Shown: in pieces, positions 45,739 through 52,000 of the stretch
Position numbering within the stretch: position 1 is the stretch's first letter
How the letters are laid out: each line of letters opens with the position of its first letter
Assembly (NCBI RefSeq): GCF_001194135.2
Contig: NC_068994.1
Coordinates: 17,463,484-17,527,483, forward strand
DNA length: 64,000 nt
Source: Octopus bimaculoides
Lineage: Eukaryota
Direction: 5' to 3'
Made by a program: the position numbers and the translations under genes
The notes under the pieces: generated by a model
The model's input: the letters and a program-made list of their open reading frames with translations, nothing else
The model's database searches: none
Told to the model about the DNA's origin: nothing

Positions 45739-46756
45739 CCAAGAGAGTTAGGGGTTGAGAATCCAACCCACTAAGGGATAATATCTATCCAATATACTGC
45801 TGGGAGGGTACCCAATTATTGTTACACTAGTGTTATACCAAGTGCAATAAGTGGGTGCGGGTAAAAGGGGGGTTTTTACCCTAAATTTATATAGCAATAA
45901 GAAAATGGAGGGGAATATGAGGTACTCATCAACTTGCAGACACTGTACTCTGTTGATTAATCCATCTATTTTACAACCAAAAGGACAATAAAGACAATAT
46001 ACAGACACTTATGACATACTATGCCATATCAACAATTAAGATTTCAAATTTAAAAGAACATCTAGCAACTGAAGAAGGGACAAAATCTTACAGTTGTTTC
46101 AGCCTAGCGTTGGCATGCCCCATTCTATCTATATAACTCCAGTACGCTGGAGTAATTGGTAGATGAAAAGGATGCAATGGGGGTACATGCATTATTCACT
46201 AGGCCTCTTCAGAGGTTTACAAAATTCAATTCATGAATTTTGCAAAATTCAAATACAAATATAAAAATAAAAATATAAAAGCATATAAAAAAACATACAA
46301 AAAGCATATGAGTAGTCACCAGGAACAAATTAACTCATATATATATATATATATATTGAGACATTACTGTATATAAGTATGTTAAAACATCCATCCAAGT
46401 ATAGACTATAAAAACAAGTCTAAATATTAGATATTTGAACATTTTTAGTTTAAAATGTAAATATTACAGCACATATATCTAGCCTTTAGTCAGCTGTCAG
46501 ATCTTTATATACAGTTAACTTTTCTAAATACTGCTTTTCCAATTCATTTGCATTTTTTTTTTTCTTTCTTTCTCGGTCTTTTTTCTGTATGTATATATTT
46601 TACTTTTGCAGGTTAAATAGTGGAGATAAGAAGAAATTCATGTTTACACCATTGAAGAAAAACGAAAGAGACAAAAAGAAACTTCTAGACACAGTGCTAA
46701 AACAATTAAAAGGTCTAGTGAATGGGACAGCCCCTCAGCAAGGCAGTGGCCAGTAA
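8240..46756 (+). CDS. EXOC6: Exocyst complex component 6 (Sec15), 21 coding exons, 5'-partial (joined CDS 2130 nt, 709 aa + stop)
   Basis: Hand-spliced exons give one continuous frame matching Sec15/EXOC6 hallmarks: LCLPVLEMY.KLKEQM, SMSDLKDFLE.IRKHS, QDL.DFSPVYRCLHIYSVLG, GFFVVEDHIL, EIDDM.RKSTN.LLTRTL, ASGYLMDLI.FL, FNLD.IQCE.FA.SEPV, WDWS.YLADYGQ. All junctions are GT-AG with matching phases. Confidence 0.97.
9065..10150 (+). mobile_element. Mariner (DD34D-type) transposase remnant with 3' terminal inverted repeat
   Basis: SGRP, RVPCLL (WVPRLL-like), QDECWVHH, SAGNMMASVFWDAK, HQDSA and HPSFSLDFASSDY motifs; stops, frameshifts and an internal deletion; ends ACTTTTCAGCCAACCCTTG-TA; 5' TIR not seen. 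Confidence 0.92.
10690..11150 (+). mobile_element. RTE-clade LINE, degenerate ORF C-terminus
   Basis: CNVSIHERQRTNEL.EK..., WY.HV...EDDSCIK.C...V.G.CRRRPKMVWDE resemble RTE RT C-termini. Confidence 0.7.
11189..11570 (+). mobile_element. tRNA-derived SINE, same family as 6203-6634, opposite orientation
   Basis: GGCGTGGCTGTGTGGTAAGAAG...GGTTCAGTCCCACT...; partial copies at 5720-5810, 7540-7680, 24130-24285, 31360-31540 and 52225-52410. Confidence 0.85.
14150..14950 (-). mobile_element. Highly decayed non-LTR reverse transcriptase remnant
   Basis: MDFLTNR motif at 14838-14861 (minus) and an FY..V.....Y....WF-like stretch further 3'; multiple stops; boundaries approximate. Confidence 0.4.
16016..16061 (+). 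CDS. EXOC6: EXOC6 exon: (V)LEMYGKLKEQMKSK(R)
   Basis: ttttcag|TG CTA ... AAG AG|gtaaat; 46 nt. Confidence 0.95.
16739..16943 (+). CDS. EXOC6: EXOC6 exon: YYPALKTLEQLEH...SMSDLKDFLENIRKHSARIGEVAMRH
   Basis: cttttcag|A TAT ... CAT|gtatgt; 205 nt. Confidence 0.97.
18018..18440 (-). mobile_element. RTE LINE 3' UTR-derived repeat with (GAT)n tail
   Basis: Shared 3' sequence ...CCAACCCATGCTAGCATGGAAAGCGGACGTTAAACGATGATG; family copies also at 4738-5135, 30230-30690, 40930-41230, 42508-43055, 52420-52623 and 58680-58965. Confidence 0.75.
18512..18646 (+). CDS. EXOC6: EXOC6 linker exon: AAEQNNIDPSIVKQKRRRRAPPPPNPFTGEVPQVQEESEEEQLDE
   Basis: atttcag|GCT ... GAA|gtaagc; 135 nt, phase 0-0; fills the variable linker between AMRH and ELSAQDL. 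Confidence 0.9.
20493..20561 (+). CDS. EXOC6: EXOC6 exon: ELSAQDLIDFSPVYRCLHIYSVL
   Basis: cccttccag|GAA ... TTG|gtaagt; 69 nt. Confidence 0.97.
20580..20880 (-). mobile_element. Short hammerhead-bearing repeat (PLE pLTR-like or retrozyme-like)
   Basis: Locally CpG-rich and carries the hammerhead above. Its tail TTCTATAGTGCATTGTT.TACC.T..AAACTTTTTATTCTTTATA recurs on the + strand near 44215-44260. Confidence 0.5.
20681..20718 (-). ncRNA. Minimal (Penelope-type, probably dimer-dependent) hammerhead ribozyme motif
   Basis: Minus strand reads GAU-CUGAAGA-A-GGAAUU-CU-AAUUCC-GAAAUAUC|AUC-GG. Palindromic AUAU stem III, 3-bp stem I, one extra A after the core. Confidence 0.6.
22266..22496. mobile_element. 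piggyBac-type MITE, family 2
   Basis: Perfect terminal inverted repeats TTAACCCATTAAGTTCCA / TGGAACTTAATGGGTTAA. Confidence 0.8.
22503..22825 (-). mobile_element. SINE (GGCAGTGAGCTGGCAGAA family) with a duplicated tRNA-like head
   Basis: GCAGAATTTGAACTCAGAATGTAA...GATTCTGCCAGCT occurs twice in tandem. Confidence 0.75.
23169..23252 (+). CDS. EXOC6: EXOC6 exon: GARETFETYYRKQRRKQARLSLKPSQNM
   Basis: ctgtctag|GGT ... ATG|gtatgt; 84 nt. Confidence 0.96.
23265..23355. repeat. (AT)n microsatellite just downstream of an exon donor
   Basis: Direct reading. Confidence 0.95.
25031..25077 (+). CDS. EXOC6: EXOC6 exon: YESLDSYKLYFHDVV(G)
   Basis: catttcag|TAT ... GG|gtaagt; 47 nt. Confidence 0.92.
26113..26233 (+). 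CDS. EXOC6: EXOC6 exon: FFVVEDHILNTTSGLVNQAYMDELWEMAVSKIAAELRRNC
   Basis: atttcag|A TTT ... TGT|gtaagt; 121 nt. Confidence 0.97.
27344..27571 (+). mobile_element. piggyBac-type MITE, family 1 (TTAA-CCCTTT.GCATT...AATG.TAA.GGG-TTAA)
   Basis: TTAA ends with CCCT/AGGG-like termini; copies at 2839-3067 (-), 32336-32545, 37492-37726 and 56913-57124. Confidence 0.75.
28199..28270 (+). CDS. EXOC6: EXOC6 exon: GYCNSENIMLEIKNLILLFCHTLR
   Basis: tatttcag|GGA ... CGG|gtgagt; 72 nt. Confidence 0.95.
28420..28655. mobile_element. piggyBac-type MITE, family 3
   Basis: TTAACACTTTTGTTACCA / TGGTAACAAAAAGGTTAA termini; second copy at 49123-49571 carries a nested SINE. Confidence 0.7.
29933..29982 (+). CDS. 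EXOC6: EXOC6 exon: GYGFSVGHLLELLLEI(R)
   Basis: atcttcag|GGC ... AG|gttagt; 50 nt. Confidence 0.94.
30230..30690 (+). mobile_element. RTE LINE 3' end (ORF end plus 3' UTR) with internal duplication
   Basis: ATATGCTGTGCTTGAGAA occurs twice; family tail. Confidence 0.65.
30878..31028 (+). CDS. EXOC6: EXOC6 exon: DQYNEMLMTKWAAIFDLIFSDDNYTPMYIENEKDFQTIMGDFPLSEQLTA
   Basis: gttgtag|G GAT ... GCG|gtaagt; 151 nt. Confidence 0.96.
32056..32165 (+). CDS. EXOC6: EXOC6 exon: NDFPKQFPFSQFVPKIYHEVKEYINACLKFSSDLHL(S)
   Basis: gttgcag|AAT ... AG|gtaagt; 110 nt. Confidence 0.96.
33271..33382 (+). CDS. EXOC6: EXOC6 exon: HTEIDDMIRKSTNQLLTRTLSGCLSTLIKKPSLSLLQ
   Basis: cattcacag|T CAC ... CAA|gtaagt; 112 nt. 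Confidence 0.96.
34919..34998 (+). CDS. EXOC6: EXOC6 exon: LIQISINMNNLEKSCSSLEEYISNIT(G)
   Basis: tttttcag|CTC ... GG|gtaagt; 80 nt. Confidence 0.96.
35144..35198 (+). CDS. EXOC6: EXOC6 exon: AEKDSIHVAKLHGTSMFK
   Basis: aattttag|T GCT ... AAG|gtgagt; 55 nt; preceded by the shortest intron seen (145 nt). Confidence 0.94.
35438..35824 (+). mobile_element. Young full-length tRNA-derived SINE with 12-bp target-site duplication
   Basis: A box TGGCCCAGTGG, B box GGTTTCGATTCCC, (CAA)n tail, TSD GATAATAACACT at 35426-35437 and 35825-35836; older copies at 12945-13240 (-), 41695-41995 and 51320-51630. Confidence 0.88.
36433..36505 (+). CDS. EXOC6: EXOC6 exon: DARSEAEEYIYKQLNVKIDEFLDL(A)
   Basis: tacttcag|GAT ... 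TTA G|gtatgt; 73 nt. Confidence 0.96.
37144..37250 (+). CDS. EXOC6: EXOC6 exon: NYDWALMESKGHASGYLMDLIAFLQSTFMSFTNLP
   Basis: gtttcag|CA AAT ... CCA|gtaagt; 107 nt. Confidence 0.96.
37797..38050 (-). mobile_element. Helitron RepHel (Pif1-like helicase) C-terminal fragment
   Basis: FPLRHTLIMMIKKSQGQSFKRSALYLLIPVFTHGQLYVAISRS (KSQGQ and HGQLYVA.SR motifs) and, after a frameshift, terminal TRNIVMEEII*. Confidence 0.88.
38304..38394 (-). mobile_element. 91-bp non-autonomous mini-Helitron
   Basis: Minus strand A|TCTCTATATATAAAG...CCCGGGCAACGCCGGG hairpin...CTAG|T: 5' TC, 3' CTAG, subterminal GC hairpin, A|T target. Confidence 0.8.
38616..39402. other. Assembly gap (others at 17779-17965, 42704-42713, 46846-46855, 57901-58079, 61610-62535)
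   Basis: N runs. Confidence 1.
39403..39735 (-). mobile_element. Non-autonomous Helitron 5' portion (runs into the gap)
   Basis: Minus strand A|TCTATATATATAAAAATGAGAATGTGTGTCTGTCTGTCTG..., a typical Helitron 5' end followed by a (GTCT)n tract. Confidence 0.65.
40747..40888 (+). CDS. EXOC6: EXOC6 exon: EKVARTACMSACKHIACSLMDFVMDNDVKQVTMGALQQFNLDLIQCE(Q)
   Basis: ttctacag|GAA ... GAA C|gtgagt; 142 nt. Confidence 0.97.
42508..43055 (-). mobile_element. RTE 3' UTR-derived repeat, close relative of 18018-18440
   Basis: Near-identical tail and the same 5' boundary; spans a 10-N gap. Confidence 0.75.
43425..43498 (+). CDS. EXOC6: EXOC6 exon: FAASEPVSGFNDGTLLLAFADLRQ
   Basis: actttcag|AA TTT ... 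CAG|gtaagg; 74 nt. Confidence 0.96.
44646..44758 (+). CDS. EXOC6: EXOC6 exon: LLDLLLNWDWSVYLADYGQPKCKYVRVKPVVAISLLE(K)
   Basis: tttctag|CTT ... GAA AA|gtaagt; 113 nt. Confidence 0.97.
45273..45596. repeat. Long palindrome or foldback (about 160-bp arms, 5-nt loop), TA-ended, MITE-like
   Basis: Arms pair from TATAACGTGTCTTGAATGG / CCATTCAAGACACATTATA inward to CTATAATTGGTTTT-CCAAC-AAAACCGATTATAG. Confidence 0.9.
45736..46336 (-). mobile_element. About 600-bp hammerhead-bearing element bounded by (TA)n tracts (PLE-derived or retrozyme-like)
   Basis: Lies between (TA)n at about 45691-45735 and 46337-46356, contains the 46083-46218 hammerhead, no coding capacity. Confidence 0.45.
46083..46218 (-). 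ncRNA. Type I minimal hammerhead ribozyme with long extended stem II
   Basis: Minus strand reads AAACCU-CUGAAGA-GGCCUAG...CUAGGCU-GAAAC-AACU-GUA|AGAUUU. Core is intact. Stem II extends through GCAUG/CAUGC, CCCCAUU/AAUGGGG, AUCUA/UAGAU and ACUCCAG/CUGGAGU. Stem I has 5 of 6 pairs. Confidence 0.75.
46612..46756 (+). CDS. EXOC6: EXOC6 last coding exon: LNSGDKKKFMFTPLKKNERDKKKLLDTVLKQLKGLVNGTAPQQGSGQ*
   Basis: ttttgcag|G TTA ... CAG TAA; matches the Sec15 C-terminal KN.RDK.KL..TV.KQL..LVNG. Confidence 0.96.
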
Positions 46757-46984
46757 TGGTTTAGCTGGGGTTGGTTATAGGACCTCAACTGACTCTCCTT
46801 TCCACAGTCCTTTCCTTTCCTTCTCCTCTTCCTGGCTGTTTTATTNNNNNNNNNNCTTTTTTTTTTATTTATCTGTAGTGGACTCAAGGGAGGGTTGCCA
46901 GCAGATCAGAAGCAGAGCAGAGGTGAGAGGGAAATATGGAAAAGACAACATTACTTGACCAAGTCCATAATATCCTGCCTGAAT

Positions 46985-47112
46985 ACCTACCTACCTACCT
47001 ACCTACCTTACCTACCTACCTACCTGCCTGCCTGCCTGCCTACCTGCCTGCCTGCCTGCCTGCCCGTCTGTCTGTCTGTCAGTCAGTCAGTTTGTCTGCA
47101 TGCCTGCCTGCT
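46985..47112. repeat. Compound tetranucleotide repeat (TACC/TGCC/TGTC/AGTC) in the putative EXOC6 3' UTR
   Basis: Direct reading; about 230 nt after the stop. Confidence 0.9.
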
Positions 47113-47861
47113 TGCTGTTATTTGACAATGCCAGACACAACACAAAAACAATACAAAACTATAAAAAAGAAAAGCTCTATCATTCCCTCCTCATTTTCTG
47201 TCTAATATCTCGATCTTTCTCAATGAAGCCTGCCCCTCACCCACCCTCACTATTTATTTCCATTATACTATAAGTCCCGGTGAAGAACCTTCACCATTCC
47301 CTAATTTAACACTGAACACTCATAGAGGAGAAACACTCCAGCTATCTATCACTGGTTAGTGACCAAGCAGTGTGGTTGTGAAGCCTTTCTAGAATACACA
47401 ATTGTTTGAACGAAAGTCACTGATTATATGATGTTATGCCTGTATTCCACCAGGATATTCCACCAACCCTCCCATTTTTTTTTTCCCCAACCAGTCCACC
47501 CAATGGGCAACAAGTATTATAAACTGTCCCCTGTTATGGCGAATGTGTCTGTACTTCTATCACTGACATTATAGTATGATGTTTCATGGGCCAAGACATT
47601 GTTTGAAATAATAACAGAAATTTTAAAAACAAAAAAAAGAAAAACCATTCCCTCAAACCAACTTGCCCCTACTATTTACCTGACTAATATGGCTGGTAAA
47701 AACAGAGAATTAGAGAGAGAAAGATAGTGAACAGCTTTGTTGTGGAGCATAGTTCAAAGTGGAAATTAACAGTTGTAATTTGTGGGGTTGTTTTTTTTTT
47801 TTTTCCAGTACTATGATTGAATCCTCTCATAACAATAAGTCAATAAATATGATTAATAGTT

Positions 47862-47894
<33 letters not shown>

Positions 47895-48235
47895 TTTTCT
47901 CTGTTTCCCAGTCTCTCTCTATCTCTCTCTATCTCCCTCACTTTCTCTCTGTCTCTCACAGAATAGTTTGATACTTTTTAAATTACTGTCAGGTCAAAAC
48001 CAAAATTCTTGTGGTTCTTTAATCTTATTGTTTTTTTTTAGCATCTAAATTTTTCCCAACACATACACACACACCCATATATTTAAATCCAGACATGGGG
48101 TTAATCTTAAATCGTCAATGTTATCCTGTCTGTCCTTCCCTTTCTTAAGATGGTAGGTTGTTGCTATTTGCGAGAAATTAGGAGGTTATTTCTAGCAGAC
48201 CAAGCAGCCACATAGGACCTCCCACGTAGGCTCAT

Positions 48236-48237
48236 CT

Positions 48238-48275
<38 letters not shown>

Positions 48276-48346
48276 CATACACACACACATACATAGACAT
48301 ACATATATTCACACACACACACACACACACACATATGCATACATAT

Positions 48347-48442
<96 letters not shown>
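48236..48442. repeat. Long (CA)n microsatellite
   Basis: Direct reading. Confidence 0.95.
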
Positions 48443-48444
<2 letters not shown>

Positions 48445-49122
48445 GCAAGCACATACCCTCTACCTCTTTATTTTTTTTTATTTGCTCCTCTCCTTCCTTC
48501 CATGAAATGATTTCTTTATTCTTCTTCATTTTTGGTGAAAGCTTTTTATCTCTCTTTTCTTTTTTAACTTATTTATTTTCTTTCTGTTGTATGTTTGTTA
48601 CCTATTTACCTGTAGTCTGTTCTTATTTCTCTTCTGTTGGTATGTATTTTGATAGAGCATAATTTAGATACTTCTGTTGTTCTTATTTTAACCTGCAGAT
48701 CACCCCTGATTGAAATAGACTTATGATCAAAAACTATTCCACCTATGACCATTCCATCTGTTTAGGGGTATTTAGGTCTAGTCGTTGTAAGAAAAAATAT
48801 TGGATTCGGTATACAGTGTGGCACCACTTATTCACCCAAGTGAAAATTCTATATTCCACTGCAAACAGGCCAGGCACTTTTCACCAATTTCTCATGCTTT
48901 CATGCTCCTGTTGAGAAATTGTTAGGTGATGCTGTTGTGAATTAACACTGTGTCAGCTTTAATTCAGCAGTCCCGTGAAGTTGTTTCAGCTATAACCATC
49001 TAATATGTATGAGGGACTGTACTAGCCAAAGATAGTAGTGCATGATTTGAAAGCAATTCAACTGCTATTTTTAGCAGATCACGTGACCAAAGGGGAATCC
49101 TAGGTTAAGTCATTTGTTAGGT

Positions 49123-49571
49123 TTAACTCTTTTGTTATTGTATTTCTGTTGAAATAACACTGCCTAGGTTTCAAATAATGGAGAATTTAGTGAAATAATT
49201 GTCATTATTAAGTTGCTGTAAAGTGGTGAGCTGGCGGAGTCATTAACACACCAGCCAAAATGCTTAGTGGCATTTCATTCGTCCGTATGTTCTGAGTTCA
49301 AATTCTGCTGAGATCAGCTTTACCTTTCATCCTTTTGGAGTCGACGATAAAATAAGTACCAATTGAGTACTGGGGTTCAATGTAATCAACTTGCCCCACC
49401 CCTGAAATTTCAGGCTTGTACCTAGAGTAAAAAGGATTATTAAGTTTCTGTTTGGAATGTAAGTTTACACAAAATTTTAATGGGAAACTTTCAATTAGAT
49501 TACTTTAAAAATGGAAGTTTGTATCATGAAACTAGGAGCCATCTCATACAAGTTTGTTTGAAAAGGGTTAA
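49123..49571. mobile_element. MITE family 3 copy with a nested SINE insertion
   Basis: SINE at about 49215-49435 flanked by ATTATTAAGTT at 49204-49214 and 49436-49446. Confidence 0.75.
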
Positions 49572-49691
49572 TATTTTAACTGCAGAATTAATTTCATGGT
49601 TGTTCCAGTATTGATATGATGTTAAATATCTACCAAAATATAAAATTGTTTTTTTGTGCAAGTCATGTTGCCTCAGTAAACTTGAAATACT

Positions 49692-49960
49692 TGCTTGCTT
49701 GCTTCATGTTCTTGATTGATGAAGCTGGGGGCATCCCAGGTTTGTGGTCCCAGAGGTGTCATCAAGCATAGAGCTGACCAAGTCCATCCGTGCTCTCCAT
49801 TGCTGGCAGTCCCATGCAAGCCCCTCTGCATCCTCCAAGATGACATTGAGCCTCTGGGGATCTTCCTTAATTACGTCCAATCACCTGATGTGGTGCCTGC
49901 TATGAGACCTCTTCCAGCTCACAGCTGCTGTGTCAGGTGAGAGTAAAGCCCTGGTAAGAT
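49692..49960 (-). mobile_element. RTE-type LINE 3' end with (AAGC)n tail
   Basis: Minus translation KRSHSRHHIR*LDVIKED...AWDCQQWRA, RTE C-terminus-like. Confidence 0.65.
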
Positions 49961-50399
49961 GATCTAGCTTCCTGTTAAAATTTTGTGTAAACTTATATTC
50001 CAAACAGCAACTTAATAATGACATGTCTGAACAAAAAATAGTTTCAAACAGAAAATAGATTGATATATATAAAACTGCTCTCTGCAGTTAAGGATAATGA
50101 AATTTTGAGTGGCTATATCTGATTTCCTCAATAAATCGGTTGAAATAGAAAAAAGAATAAAATTAAGCTTGTGGAATTCAGTTTTGGAACTTATAAGAAT
50201 TTTTTATTGTTTCTTTTTTACATTTGTTATTTGTGTCTAGGATATAAAAGTCAAATTGTGTGTGGAATGGGTAGAAGAGGATGTGGTTGTCTAGGCTAAT
50301 TATATCCATTAATAACCTTTGTGAAAGGCTTTAACATTATACTTCCCATCTTCCTTGTCCCTAAAATGCAAAGCAAACAAAAAGCATCATCATTACCAT

Positions 50400-50420
50400 C
50401 ATCATTATTATTATTATTAT

Positions 50421-50452
<32 letters not shown>

Positions 50453-50647
50453 AGCTGGCACAGTCATTAGAGTGTTTGAAACGAAACTTGTTTTGTAGTA
50501 TTTGTTCTGGCTCTTAACGTTCTGAATTCAAATCTTGCCAAGGTCAGTGTTGCCTTTCATGCTTCCGGGGTTGATAAAATATACAACTGGGATCAATATA
50601 ATCAACTAACCCCTCTGCAATTGCTGGCCTTGTGCCAAAATTTGACA

Positions 50648-50694
<47 letters not shown>

Positions 50695-50909
50695 GGATGG
50701 CAAGCTGGCAGAATCATTAGCATACTGGGCAAAATGCTTAGTGGCATTTTGTCTGTCTGTATGTTTTGAGTTCAAATTCCACCAAGGTTGACTTTGCCTT
50801 TCATCCTTTTGTGGTTGACACAATAAGTACCAATAAAGTACTGGGGTTGGTGTAGTTGACTAGCTCCCTCCCCTCAAGAAACTGCTGGCCTTGTGCCAAA
50901 ATTTGAAAC

Positions 50910-50945
<36 letters not shown>

Positions 50946-51300
50946 GGCAGCAAGCTGGCAGAATCATTAGCATGTGGAACAAAATGCCTATCAGCATTTC
51001 CTCTGGTTCTTTACATTCTGAATTCAAATTCCATGAAGGGTCAACTTTGCCTTTCATCCTTCCAATGTCAATAAAATAAGTACCAGTTAAATACTGGTAT
51101 CAATTGACTATGTCCTACTTCAAAATTTGAGGCTTTGTGCTTGTGTTAGAAATCATCATTTTACATTTTTCCCAAACTTGTGATATTTCTTCCAGCTTTT
51201 TGTATTCTGAGTTCAAACTGCATCAAGGTCAGTTTGTACCTTTCCTCTACCTCTCCAGGGTCAACGAGTACTAGTCAACTACTGGGGTTGATATAATAGG
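50400..51300 (+). repeat. Head-to-tail array of 3-4 SINE copies separated by (ATT)n tracts
   Basis: SINE copies at about 50453-50650, 50694-50910 and 50944-51150, plus a partial copy to 51300. Confidence 0.8.
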
Positions 51301-51924
51301 CTATTTCCTTCCTACAGTGAAGGCACATTGCTCAGTAGTTAGTGTATTCAGCTCATGATTGTAAGGTCACGTGTTCGGTTCCCGACAACACATTATGTCT
51401 GAGCAAGATACTTTATTTCATGTTACTCCAGTCCACTCAGCTGGCAAAAAGCTGTTCTTGTAGTTCAATGGGCCAGCTTTGTCACATTCATTGTGTCACG
51501 CTGAATCTCCCTGAGGACTATGTTGAAGGTACTTGTGCCTGTGGTGTGCTCAACCAATTATACTTTAATTTCATAAGCAGGATGTTCCATTGATCTAATC
51601 AACTGGAACACTCATCATGATGGAGTGCCTCAGCCCTCCCTGCAAATTTTTAGCCTTTTTATCTGATTTAGAAGTGACTTTTTTTACCTTTTTTGTATGT
51701 CCTTATATATACTGTAGGGCCGGGTCCAAGCTATGAGCCTAAGGTGTTATAGGGAAGATGTCAGAATTCTCCAGAGCATGTGGGCTGTTCTCAGTAGGGC
51801 AATCTTCAGGAACTTATACATGTTGATGTTGCTTGGATATATGGTTAATGAACTTTCCCCTTCAGCATGAGTCCTAGAGCTGACATTATTCCAGTCTCCA
51901 TATTTCACATCCTGTTAATTTCAA

Positions 51925-51940
51925 TCTGCTGCTGCTGCTG

Positions 51941-51998
<58 letters not shown>

Positions 51999-52000
51999 AA
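51925..52000. repeat. (CTG)n-(CTA)n trinucleotide repeat
   Basis: Direct reading. Confidence 0.95.

Noticed and set aside
46069-46100. Plus-strand CTGAAGA next to the minus-strand hammerhead
   Set aside because: No stem II followed by GAAA on the plus strand.
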